From an uncultured delta proteobacterium (lineage in GTDB: Bacteria; Myxococcota_A; Polyangia; Palsa-1104), in assembly GCA_963785725.1 (NCBI GenBank), contig CAWAWS010000007.1:800001-864000 (forward strand): DNA of 64,000 nt. Reading direction: 5' to 3'. Both the position numbers and the translations under genes were made by a program. This document shows, piece after piece, positions 55,165 to 64,000 of the stretch. Position 1 is the first letter of the stretch; every line of letters begins with the position of its first letter. A model generated the notes under the pieces. It saw nothing but the letters and a program-made list of their open reading frames with translations, was not told the DNA's origin and did no database searches.

Positions 55165-56433
55165 CTACGGGCATCCTGCGACTTTGTTGCCTTCGGTGGC
55201 GTAGGTGACGACGAACGTGTAGGGCAGGCAGCTGTTGGCGTTGTCGTAGCCGAAGACCTGGAAGTAGAGGTCGCGATTGTCGGTCGCGCCGCAGGTGCCG
55301 GTCCACGAGTAGCAAATCGACGTCGTCGCCAAGTCGGTCCAGGTGTTGTCGCAGGTGCCGCTCGTGTTGTACTTGATGCGCAGATCGACGCCGCTCGGCG
55401 GGATGACGTCGACGCGCGCGTCGTAGGGCTGGCTCGTGCCCGGGAAGCAGGTGTGCGAGCCTTCGACGAGGTGCGCCTGGAAGACGTCGACGTCCGTCGC
55501 CGGCAGGATGCGATTGGTGGTCAGCGTCGTCACCGCGCCTTCGTTGGTGCTGGTGTATTGGCCGTTGCAGGCGTTGTCGTTCTCGCCCGGATCGACGGTG
55601 CCGTTGGTCTCGCAGCCGTCGTCGGCCGCGGGCGACGCCGGGCGGCTGCAGTCGGAGAACGGGTAGCTGCACGTCGGCGTGCACAAGCCGCTGGTGCAGC
55701 CGAGCGACGCCGTGCCCACCGACGAGCAGGCGCGCGTGCAGCTGCCGCAGGTCGCGGGCGAGCCTTCGATGTCGGTGGTGCAGCCGGCGCCGGGCAGGCC
55801 GTTGCAGTCGGCGAAGCCGCTGGCGCACGACGGGTCGCAGACGCGGATGCTGCCGGTCGACGCGCAGGCGGTCGTGCCGTGTGGGTTGACGCAGACGATG
55901 CCGCAGCCGCTGCAGTTGGTCGACGTCGTCGTGTCGGTCTCGCAGCCGTCGTTGGGCATGCCGTTGCAGTCGCCGTGGGTGCTGTCGCAGGTCGGCTTGC
56001 ACACCCAGTTGGTGCCGTTCGAGACGCAGGCGTTGGTGCCGCCGACCTGCTGGCAGACGCGACCGCAGGCGCCGCAGTTCATCGGCGTGTCGATGGCGGT
56101 CTCGCAGCCGTCGGTGGGATCGTTGTTGCAGTCGGCGGTGTTGGGCGCGCACGCGGGACAGGCGCCGCAATCTTCGGGGCAGGTGCCGCAGTTTTCGCCG
56201 ATCGTCGCCGAGCAGACGTTGTCGCCGCAGACGAGCGTCAGATCGCGCGCCGGCTCCGCCAAGTCGTAGATCGGCGCGACGATCGCCAAGTCCTCGCCGC
56301 CGTTACCGCCGGTGCCGACGAGGCCGTGGCCGAGATCGTCGCCCGAGCCCGGCGACAACGGTTTCGCGCAGCCACCTCCGGCCAGCGCGGCGACGAACAG
56401 GACGCGACACCAGCACTGCACGAGGTGCAACAT
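55165..56433 (-). CDS. Cys-rich repeat lipoprotein
   Basis: Lipobox-like AGGGC; repeated DCN...DGCE...NCG.CG..C units; C-terminal DVDVF beta domain. Confidence 0.78.
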   Translation of the reverse strand: MLHLVQCWCRVLFVAALAGGGCAKPLSPGSGDDLGHGLVGTGGNGGEDLAIVAPIYDLAEPARDLTLVCGDNVCSATIGENCGTCPEDCGACPACAPNTADCNNDPTDGCETAIDTPMNCGACGRVCQQVGGTNACVSNGTNWVCKPTCDSTHGDCNGMPNDGCETDTTTSTNCSGCGIVCVNPHGTTACASTGSIRVCDPSCASGFADCNGLPGAGCTTDIEGSPATCGSCTRACSSVGTASLGCTSGLCTPTCSYPFSDCSRPASPAADDGCETNGTVDPGENDNACNGQYTSTNEGAVTTLTTNRILPATDVDVFQAHLVEGSHTCFPGTSQPYDARVDVIPPSGVDLRIKYNTSGTCDNTWTDLATTSICYSWTGTCGATDNRDLYFQVFGYDNANSCLPYTFVVTYATEGNKVAGCP

Positions 56434-56521
56434 ATCACTTTCGGGATCGGTGCGATATTGGGTGTACACACGAGTTTGTAACGGCGGCGCGTCCACAATA
56501 TGGGCGTGCTACGGTGAACGC

Positions 56522-57799
56522 GTGAGCCGCGAGTCCCGTCCGCTGACGCTCATCGACTGCTTCGGGCTCGGCATCAACGGCATCATCGGCTCCGGCATCT
56601 TCCTCTTGCCGGCGGCGCTGCAGCGACGGGCGGGCGGCCATGCGCCGCTGGCGTGGCTGGCGGTCGGCGGGCTGTGCACGCTGGTCGCGCTCTGCTTCGC
56701 CGAGGCCGCCAGCCGCACCGATCGCTCGGGCGGCCCCTACCGTTACGCCACCGACGCGTTCGGGCCCATCGTCGGCTACGGCGTCGGCTGGATCACCATG
56801 ATCTCGTCGCTGCTCGGCTACGCGGCGGTGGCGCGCGGGTTCGCCGAGCACGCGGCGTGGCTGTTCGGCGGCGGCGACACGATCGGCCCGCGCGCCGCCG
56901 GCGTCGTCGTGCTCGTCGGCGGGCTGGCGGCGGTCAACATCGTCGGCATCAAGCCCTCGGCGCGCACCGGCGACGTCTTGAGCGTCGTCAAAGTGGCCGG
57001 CCTGTTGCTGTTCGTCGGCGTCGGCCTCATGCACGTCCACGGCGGCAGCTGGTCGGCGGCGCCGTCACCGGCGGCGGGCGAGCACGTCGGGCTCTTCGGC
57101 GCGGCGTTCGCCGGCCTCTTCGCCTGCACCGGCTTCGAGTACGTGCCCGTTCCCGCCGGCGAGATGCAGAATCCGCAGCGCGCCGTCGGCTTGGCCATGG
57201 CGTCGTCGGTCATCGGCGCGACGTTGCTGTACGCGCTGGTCCAGTTCGTCGCCGCCGGCACGCTGCCGTCGATCGGCGACTCGCCGCGCCCGCTCGTCGA
57301 CGCCGCGCGCGCCTTCGCCGGGCCGTTCGCCGCCGATGCCGTCGCCATCGTGGCCACGCTGTCGGCGCTCGGCTTCTGCTCGTCGTCCGCGATGGTCGTG
57401 CCGCGCTACGTCGAGAGCTTCGCGCAGGACGGCTTCCTGCCGGCGGCGCTGTCGCGGCGCGCGGCGCGCTCCGCGACGCCGGTCACCGCCATCGTCGCGG
57501 TCTCGCTCGTCGTCGCCGCGCTGGCCATGACGCTCGACTTCACGTCGCTGTCGGACGTCAGCAACGTCGCCGTCGTCGTGCAGTATCAATCGACGTGCAT
57601 CGCCATCTTGGTCTGGCGCCGCCGCGACCCAAAGCCGGCGCCGTTCCGCCTCCCACTCGGTCCGACCATTCCGCTGCTCGCCCTCGCCGGCACGCTCCTG
57701 TTCTTGGCGCAAGTGTCACGCGTCGAGCTAGCCTTCGGCGCCGCGCTCCTAGCCTGCGGCCTCACCTTCGGCTACCTCACCCGCCGTCTCCGTCGCTAG
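56522..57799 (+). CDS. APC family amino acid permease
   Basis: GINGIIGSGIFLLP, SGGPYRY..DAFG and GFE...PAGEMQNPQR; about 12 TM helices. Confidence 0.92.
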   Translation: MSRESRPLTLIDCFGLGINGIIGSGIFLLPAALQRRAGGHAPLAWLAVGGLCTLVALCFAEAASRTDRSGGPYRYATDAFGPIVGYGVGWITMISSLLGYAAVARGFAEHAAWLFGGGDTIGPRAAGVVVLVGGLAAVNIVGIKPSARTGDVLSVVKVAGLLLFVGVGLMHVHGGSWSAAPSPAAGEHVGLFGAAFAGLFACTGFEYVPVPAGEMQNPQRAVGLAMASSVIGATLLYALVQFVAAGTLPSIGDSPRPLVDAARAFAGPFAADAVAIVATLSALGFCSSSAMVVPRYVESFAQDGFLPAALSRRAARSATPVTAIVAVSLVVAALAMTLDFTSLSDVSNVAVVVQYQSTCIAILVWRRRDPKPAPFRLPLGPTIPLLALAGTLLFLAQVSRVELAFGAALLACGLTFGYLTRRLRR

Positions 57800-57831
57800 C
57801 GGCGCGAGCCAGCGCAAACTCCCCAGCCGAG

Positions 57832-57922
57832 CTCCGCGCCCGCGGCGACTCATCGGCAACTCCGCGGCCCGCGGCGACTCATCGGCAACTCCGCGGGCCA
57901 GCGCCGACTCCTCGGCAACTCC
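57832..57922. repeat. Three tandem 28-30-bp units
   Basis: CTCCGCG(G)CCCGCGGCGACTCATCGGCAA twice plus a degenerate third copy; no spacers. Confidence 0.8.
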
Positions 57923-57924
57923 CA

Positions 57925-58087
57925 AGCCAGAGCGGAGACAAACTGGGCGCGGGCGAGTTGTCTTGCGCAGCCCGTAGGGCGAGCACTGTCTGAGCCCGCG
58001 CCCAGTTTGTCGGAGCGACCGGCGAGCACTGTCTGAGCCCGCGCCCAGTTTGTCGGAGCGACCCGCGCCCAGTTTGTCGGAGCGACC
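57925..58087 (+). repeat. 95-bp palindromic dispersed repeat, copy 2, with nested duplications of its 3' arm
   Basis: 57925-58019 has a perfect 18-bp stem GACAAACTGGGCGCGGGC/GCCCGCGCCCAGTTTGTC; the 3' portion is repeated at 58021-58063 and 58064-58087. Confidence 0.85.
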
Positions 58088-58138
58088 GTGATCTCGCATA
58101 CGTGCTTCGATCGACCTCTTGAGGTAACATCAGGGTTG

Positions 58139-58630
58139 GTGGAAACCGAACGTCTGGCAGCGTTGGCGCAGGCCACTACGCGCGGTGAGTTCGTGGCGAA
58201 GGTCCCGGCGAGCTTTTTGGTGCTCGAACAGGAGATCTTCGATCAGGAGCAGGTTGGCTTTTCGACGCGCATTCTCGACCCGGCCGCGGCGCGACGGGCG
58301 GCGCAGCGCGGCGCGTCGGCGAACCTCGAGGTGCTGCCGATCGCCAAGAATCCGGCGAATCCCTATCCCGATCGCGTGTCGGTCGGGCGGGCGCGCAACT
58401 GTGACGTCGTCATGCGCGATCCGTCGGTGTCGAAGCTGCACGCGCACTTTCGCATCGGCGGGCCCAAGCTGGAGCTGGTCGACATCGACTCGCAGAACGG
58501 CACGCGCGTCAACGGCAAGCAGATCCCGGCGCATCAGCCGATGGTCGTGTCCTTCGGCGACTCGATCTGGTTCGGCACCGTCACCTGCCGGCTCGTCGAC
58601 GCCTCCGCTTTGTACGATCTGCTGCGTTGA
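58139..58630 (+). CDS. FHA domain protein
   Basis: VSVGRARNCD, SVSKLHA and DSQNGTRVNG; start uncertain. Confidence 0.88.
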   Translation: METERLAALAQATTRGEFVAKVPASFLVLEQEIFDQEQVGFSTRILDPAAARRAAQRGASANLEVLPIAKNPANPYPDRVSVGRARNCDVVMRDPSVSKLHAHFRIGGPKLELVDIDSQNGTRVNGKQIPAHQPMVVSFGDSIWFGTVTCRLVDASALYDLLR

Positions 58631-58643
58631 GGACGCGGCGGCG

Positions 58644-60338
58644 TCATTCGGCGGTCGCCAGCCGCAGGCGGATGGTCACCGTGGTGCCGCCGTCGGGCGG
58701 GCAGTCGATCTCGATGGCGCCGCGATGCTCCTCGATGATGCGATGAACGGTCGCCAAGCCGAGGCCGGTGCCGCCCTCTTTCGTCGAGAAGAACGGCTCG
58801 AACACGCGCGCGCGATGCTCGACCGAGATGCCGGGCCCGCGATCGCGCACCCGCACCACCGCCTCGTCGCCGTCGGCGCGCGCCTCGACGGTGATGGGCT
58901 GACCCGGCGCCGCCTCGGCCGCGTTGCGCAAGAGGTTCCACACGACCTGCCGCAGCTGCGCCGCGTCGGCGTCGACCGAGACCGCGGCCGGCGCCACCAG
59001 CTCGACGTGCGCGCCGACCATGCGCTTGTCGTTCTCGAACACGAGCAGCATCTCCTGCAGCGTCGCCGCCACGTCGAGCCGCTGCGGCTCCAGCGTTCGC
59101 GGCCGGGCGAAGCCGAGCAGGTCGGTGATGAGCCGATTGAGCCGCTCCGTCTCGCGCAGGACGATCGACATGAGCTCGCGGTTCTCCTTCGCCGCGTCAT
59201 TGGGAAGCGACTGCGACAACAGCTCGATCGAGCCCGAGATCGCCGCCAGCGGATTGCGGATCTCGTGCGCCACGCCGGCCGCCAGCCGCCCGACCGCCGC
59301 CAGCCGCTCGGCGCGCAAGACGGCCGCCTCCAGCCGTCGCACCTCGGTCAGATCCTGGAAGTTCAAGATGCGCCCGATGAGCTTGCCGTTGGCGTCGACG
59401 AGCGGCGACACCGAGACGCCGAGCGTGCGCTCCTCGACCACGCCGTCGCGCGTGACCGGCTGCAGCGCGTGGCCGCGGCGTAAGGCGCCGTCGCCCGCCG
59501 AGGCGATGAGCGCGTCGAGGCCGGGCATGACCTCGTGGATCTTCTTGCCGACGGCGCCGATGGCGCTGCGGCCGGTGATCTCGGCGGCGGCGGCGTTGAA
59601 CGTGAGCACGCGCTCGTCGCGCCCGATCGTCACCAGGCCCGACGTGAGGCCGCGAATGACGTCGGCGTGCAGCGCGGCCAGGTCGCGCAGGAGGTTGCCT
59701 TGCGACTCCAAGCTCTCGCCGGCGCGGCGCAGCTCCGCCGACAGCCGCGTCGCCAGCGCGCCCGTCGCCGCGAAGGCGATGCCGTTGACGGCGAGCGTGC
59801 GGATGAGCGTGCGCAGTGGCAGCCCGCCGCCGCCCCAAGAAGCGACCAACGCGTCGGCCACATAGAGCGCGATGGCCGCCGCCGTCACCGCCAGCGCGCC
59901 GCGGCCGAGCAAGAACGCGGCGCCGACGATGACGAGGATGTACATGAACGCGAAGGCGCTCTCGGGCCCGCCCGTCAAATGCACGAGAAACGTCGTCAGC
60001 AGCAAGTCGCTGGCCAGCTGCGCGACGGCGAGCGGGCCGAAGCTGCGCGCCCGCTGCAGGAGGAGCGCGAACACGATCGTCAGCGCGTAGGTGCCGGCGA
60101 TGAGCGCGAACAGCGCGCCGACGACGGGCGCGCGCTCCGAGCCGAGCGGCGCGCCCAACTCCGCGACGAGCGCCGCCGCCAGCAGCAGCGTCACGAGGCC
60201 GACGCGCACGGCCATGACGTAGGTCAGCCGCGTGCGCCCGGCCGGCGCGAACGGTCGCGACGGATCCGGCTGCTCGATGCGATGGTCCGTGGAAGCGGGC
60301 GATTCGGGCGACGGTCGCGCCGGCGCGGCCGGGATCAT
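58644..60338 (-). CDS. pilS: PilS-type sensor histidine kinase
   Basis: TM region with VHLTGGPESAF, PAS domain, AHEIRNPL, NLLRNA, DRGPGI and FFSTKEGGTGLGL; directly after pilC. Confidence 0.85.
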   Translation of the reverse strand: MIPAAPARPSPESPASTDHRIEQPDPSRPFAPAGRTRLTYVMAVRVGLVTLLLAAALVAELGAPLGSERAPVVGALFALIAGTYALTIVFALLLQRARSFGPLAVAQLASDLLLTTFLVHLTGGPESAFAFMYILVIVGAAFLLGRGALAVTAAAIALYVADALVASWGGGGLPLRTLIRTLAVNGIAFAATGALATRLSAELRRAGESLESQGNLLRDLAALHADVIRGLTSGLVTIGRDERVLTFNAAAAEITGRSAIGAVGKKIHEVMPGLDALIASAGDGALRRGHALQPVTRDGVVEERTLGVSVSPLVDANGKLIGRILNFQDLTEVRRLEAAVLRAERLAAVGRLAAGVAHEIRNPLAAISGSIELLSQSLPNDAAKENRELMSIVLRETERLNRLITDLLGFARPRTLEPQRLDVAATLQEMLLVFENDKRMVGAHVELVAPAAVSVDADAAQLRQVVWNLLRNAAEAAPGQPITVEARADGDEAVVRVRDRGPGISVEHRARVFEPFFSTKEGGTGLGLATVHRIIEEHRGAIEIDCPPDGGTTVTIRLRLATAE

Positions 60339-61555
60339 CCCGACTTGATGTTGCCGGCCATTTCGAAGATCGGCAGATACATGGCGATGATGAGACCGCC
60401 GCAGATTCCGCCGAGGAACACCATCATCAGCGGCTCCATCAGCTTCGTCAGCGCGCCGACGGCGACGTCGACCTCGTCCTCGTAAAAGTCGGCGACCTTT
60501 TGCAGCATCGTGTCCATGGCGCCGGTCTGCTCGCCGACGCCGATCATCTGCACGACCATCGACGGGAACACTTTGGTCTCCGCCAGCGGCTCGGCCATGT
60601 TCTTACCTTCCGAGATCTTTTGTCGCGCATACATGATCGCGTCGTGAATGACGACGTTGCCGGCGGTTTTGGCGACGATCTCCATCGCGTCGAGAATGGC
60701 GACGCCCGAAGCCAAGAGCGTGCCCATCGTGCGCGTAAAGCGGGCCACGGCCACTTTGCGCATGACCGGCCCGATAATCGGTGCCTTTAGGAGAACCCTA
60801 TCGAAGATGGCGCGGCCGCGTGTCGTTCTAATGGCAGACGAAAAGGCGACGATGGTTCCGATTATCGATCCGACGATCAAGAATGCGTGATCGACGAATG
60901 CATTCGAAATATTGATGACGATCTGCGTCGGCTTCGGTAACGCGCCGCCACCGAAGTCTTTGAACATGTTTTCGAAGACGGGGATGACCTTCCACAACAG
61001 CACGATGACGACGATGATGGCGACGGCCAAGATCGAGATGGGATAGACCATCGCGCCTTTGACCTGGCTCTTGAGCTTCATGGCCTTTTCGATATAGAGC
61101 GCCAATCGACTCAAGATCGTGTCGAGAATACCGCCGACCTCGCCCGCTTGAACGAGGTTGGTATAGAGGTCATTGAAGACGTTTGGATGTTTCTTGAGCG
61201 CGTCGGAGAACGTCGATCCCGATTCGACCTGCGCTTTGACGTCGTACAGGCACTTCTGAAAGTTCTTGTTCGGCGTCTGCGAAGCGAGGATCTCCAAGCA
61301 CTGAACGATGGGCAAGCCGGCGTCGATCATGGTCGCGAACTGGCGCGTAAAGACGACGAGGTCTTTCTCCGGGACGCCTTGACCAATGCCGAATGGCAAT
61401 TTGATCTCGAGGTCCTTGGCCTTCTTCTTGGCTTTGGACAGCGTAATGCCCTGCGCGCGTAAGCGATTGGCGACTTCGGGCTCGGCTTCGGCCTCCATCG
61501 TCCCCTTACGGACTTCGCCGGCGCGCGTGCGTCCTTCCCATGCGAACTGCGACAT
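60335..61555 (-). CDS. pilC: Type IV pilus platform protein PilC
   Basis: FTRQFATMIDAGLP, GEVGGILD, KGAMVYP, GEQTG and AMYLPIF. Confidence 0.95.
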   Translation of the reverse strand: MSQFAWEGRTRAGEVRKGTMEAEAEPEVANRLRAQGITLSKAKKKAKDLEIKLPFGIGQGVPEKDLVVFTRQFATMIDAGLPIVQCLEILASQTPNKNFQKCLYDVKAQVESGSTFSDALKKHPNVFNDLYTNLVQAGEVGGILDTILSRLALYIEKAMKLKSQVKGAMVYPISILAVAIIVVIVLLWKVIPVFENMFKDFGGGALPKPTQIVINISNAFVDHAFLIVGSIIGTIVAFSSAIRTTRGRAIFDRVLLKAPIIGPVMRKVAVARFTRTMGTLLASGVAILDAMEIVAKTAGNVVIHDAIMYARQKISEGKNMAEPLAETKVFPSMVVQMIGVGEQTGAMDTMLQKVADFYEDEVDVAVGALTKLMEPLMMVFLGGICGGLIIAMYLPIFEMAGNIKSG

Positions 61556-61601
61556 TGTTAGGTCCTATCTCCTTGCACGCGCCGCTTGTTCGATATCGAC
61601 T

Positions 61602-62708
61602 TCATCCGCGCGACATCGAGCGCTGGCCCGGCGGAATCGTCGTGCCGCCGTTGCTGATCATATTGCGCAGCTCGTCGGGATCGGAGCTGTATTCGATCGC
61701 CAGCTCCATCGAGATCTGCTTCTTGGCGATGAGCGAATAGAGGCACTGATTCGCCGTCTGCATTCCGTGCTTCGACTGTCCGAGCTGCATCTGCGAATAG
61801 ATCTGGTGAATCTTGTCTTCGCGGATGAGGTTACGAATGGCCGGCGTCGGAATCATGACCTCGAGCACGAGCGCGCGTCCGCCCGACGGCTTGGGCACGA
61901 GCGACTGCGACAAAACGCCCTCCAAGACCATCGACAGCTGCGCGCGAATCTGCGGCTGTTGATAAGCGGGGAACGCGTCGATCATACGATTGATGGTCGA
62001 GACACAGCCGTTCGTGTGCAGCGTGCCGAAGCAGACGTGGCCGGTCTCGGCGATCGTCAGCGCCGCTTCGATGGTCTCCAGATCGCGAAGCTCACCGACG
62101 AGAACGACGTCGGGATCCTGACGCAAAATCGACTTCAGCGCCTTCTTGAACGAGTGCGTATCCGAGCCGACTTCACGCTGATTGATGATGCAGTTCTTGT
62201 GTTCATGTAAGAACTCGACTGGATCTTCGATCGTCACGATATGGCCGTGATCGTCGACGTTGATCTTGTCGATCATCGCCGCCAGCGTCGTCGACTTACC
62301 GGAGCCGGTCGGCCCGGTCACGAGAATGAGCCCGCGCGGCTTCTTGCACAGCTCGCCGACGATGGGCGGCAAGCCGAGCTCGTCGACACTGCGAATCTTG
62401 AATGGAATCAGACGAAACGAGCCGGCGACCGCGCTCTGCTGCACGAAGATGTTGGCGCGAAAACGAGCCAGCCCTTTGATGCCGAACGACAGATCGAGCT
62501 CGTTGTGCTCTTCGAAATGCGCCTTTTGCGCGTCGGTCAAGACCGAATAGCAAATCGCCTTCGTCTCGTCCGCCGTCAGCGGCTCGGTCTTGAGCTTGAC
62601 GAGGTTGCCGTCGAGGCGAATCTGCGGCGGCGAATTCTTGGTGATATGCAGATCGGACGCGCCATTGTCGACCATCGTCTTCAAGAGCTGCTGCAAAGAC
62701 GGAGGCAT
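61602..62708 (-). CDS. pilT: Type IV pilus retraction ATPase PilT
   Basis: GPTGSGKSTT, TIEDPVE, LRQDPDVVLVGELRD and AIRNLIRE. Confidence 0.97.
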   Translation of the reverse strand: MPPSLQQLLKTMVDNGASDLHITKNSPPQIRLDGNLVKLKTEPLTADETKAICYSVLTDAQKAHFEEHNELDLSFGIKGLARFRANIFVQQSAVAGSFRLIPFKIRSVDELGLPPIVGELCKKPRGLILVTGPTGSGKSTTLAAMIDKINVDDHGHIVTIEDPVEFLHEHKNCIINQREVGSDTHSFKKALKSILRQDPDVVLVGELRDLETIEAALTIAETGHVCFGTLHTNGCVSTINRMIDAFPAYQQPQIRAQLSMVLEGVLSQSLVPKPSGGRALVLEVMIPTPAIRNLIREDKIHQIYSQMQLGQSKHGMQTANQCLYSLIAKKQISMELAIEYSSDPDELRNMISNGGTTIPPGQRSMSRG

Positions 62709-62730
62709 TGTTCAACGAGCTCCTTGCAAG

Positions 62731-64000
62731 TTAATCGGCAACCGAGACGCGCAAGACTTCTTCGACGGTGGTGATGCCCTGCGTGAGCTTCTCGATGCCG
62801 CTCATGCGCAACGACTTCATGCCGCCGCGAATCGCCTCCGCTTTGACTTCCGTCGTCGAAGCGCCTTGCAACACGAGCTCTTTGAGCGGCTCGTTAAAGG
62901 GCATGACTTCATAAAGCGCGATTCGTCCCTTATAGCCGGTATTGCTGCAAGTACGGCAGCCCGAGCCTTTGAAGAGCTGAATCTTCTGCGCGATCTCCTG
63001 CTTTACGCCCAAATCCATGATGGCTTTGACGTTGGCTTCGACCGGCTGTTTACAGTCGACGCAGATCTTACGCGCCAGTCGTTGCGCCAAGATCAAATTG
63101 ACCGACGCCGTAACCAAGAAGGGCTCGACGCCCATGTTCAACAGTCGCGAAATCGTCGACGGCGCGTCGTTGGTATGCAAAGTCGACAACACCAAGTGGC
63201 CGGTCAATGCGGCTTTGACGGCGATCTCCGCCGTCTCGAAGTCGCGAATCTCGCCGACCATGATGATGTTCGGATCTTGGCGCAGGAACGAACGCAGCGC
63301 GGTGGCGAAGTTGAGCCCGACGTCCTCGTGCATCTGCACTTGGTTGATACCGAGCAAGTTGTATTCGACCGGATCTTCCGCGGTCGAGATATTGCGCGTC
63401 GTCTTATTGAGCTCCTGCAAAGCCGAATAGAGCGACGTCGTCTTGCCCGACCCCGTAGGACCGGTAACCAACACCATGCCGTAAGGCTGATGAATCGCCT
63501 TCATGAAGTCGGCGAGCTGCTTCTCTTCGAATCCCAGCTTCGTCATATCGAGCTGCAAATTCGACTTATCGAGCAGTCGCAAGACGATCTTCTCGCCGAA
63601 CAAGGTCGGCAAGACCGAGACGCGGAAATCCATCTCTTTGTCTTTGCCGAGCTTGAGCTTGATGCGTCCGTCCTGCGGCAAGCGGCGCTCGGAGATATCG
63701 AGCGACGCCATGATCTTCACGCGCGAAGTCACCGCGTTCTTCAGCTTCAACGGCAGCGGCGGCTGCTCTTCGTAGAGCACGCCGTCGATACGATAACGAA
63801 CACGGAAATACTTCTCGTAAGGCTCGATATGAATATCGCTGGCGCGCTTCTTGATTGCGTTCAGCAAAATGACGTTACAGAGCTTGATGACCGGCGCCTC
63901 GCCCGACGCCTTTTCCAGGTCGACGACATTGAGCGAATCATCGCCGTCGCCGCCGACCTCGACCGCGTCGGCGTCGATGTCGCCGAGCACGTCGTCGTAC
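62731..64000 (-). CDS. pilB: Type IV pilus assembly ATPase PilB (5' end outside window)
   Basis: ASDIHIEP, ERRLPQDGR, GPTGSGKTT, LRQDPNIIMVGEIRD and the CxxC...CxxC zinc motif. Confidence 0.96.
   Translation of the reverse strand, partial: YDDVLGDIDADAVEVGGDGDDSLNVVDLEKASGEAPVIKLCNVILLNAIKKRASDIHIEPYEKYFRVRYRIDGVLYEEQPPLPLKLKNAVTSRVKIMASLDISERRLPQDGRIKLKLGKDKEMDFRVSVLPTLFGEKIVLRLLDKSNLQLDMTKLGFEEKQLADFMKAIHQPYGMVLVTGPTGSGKTTSLYSALQELNKTTRNISTAEDPVEYNLLGINQVQMHEDVGLNFATALRSFLRQDPNIIMVGEIRDFETAEIAVKAALTGHLVLSTLHTNDAPSTISRLLNMGVEPFLVTASVNLILAQRLARKICVDCKQPVEANVKAIMDLGVKQEIAQKIQLFKGSGCRTCSNTGYKGRIALYEVMPFNEPLKELVLQGASTTEVKAEAIRGGMKSLRMSGIEKLTQGITTVEEVLRVSVAD

Noticed and set aside
57820..58087. 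Possible CRISPR array
   Set aside because: The units are contiguous tandem or nested duplications with no unique spacers, and no cas genes are nearby.

Overview
High-GC bacterial DNA that reads as Myxococcota (inferred from Cys/Gly-rich lipoproteins, FHA proteins, a TSP3-repeat OmpA and the pilB-pilT-pilC-pilS order). Most of the window is housekeeping and envelope genes: gltA, treY, tamA/tamB, an M16 peptidase pair, a FadL-like porin, recG, a glycogen/trehalose locus (glgC, malQ, glgE, treS-mak, glgB), an old yellow enzyme, DUF4398/OmpA, a GT4 glycosyltransferase, a TetR/flavin monooxygenase pair, an APC permease and type IV pilus genes. The best discovery candidate is a small minus-strand gene at 17937-18284 that the ORF track stops at an in-frame TGA (...YDTT-TGA-LGAITAVAV...). 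The frame stays open for 57 more codons, and 11 nt after the TGA lies a hairpin with a GGUC loop, matching bacterial SECIS geometry. This suggests an unannotated 115-aa selenoprotein of a family I do not recognise. Also notable: a 162-bp MITE-like fold-back element just upstream of it, a 95-bp hairpin repeat present twice about 38.5 kb apart with compensatory base changes, and a PqqD gene coupled to a probable radical SAM gene at the left edge. About 11 frameshifts in six genes are each repairable by deleting one base, which points to long-read sequencing errors. All calls come from manual reading of motifs; no database searches were run.
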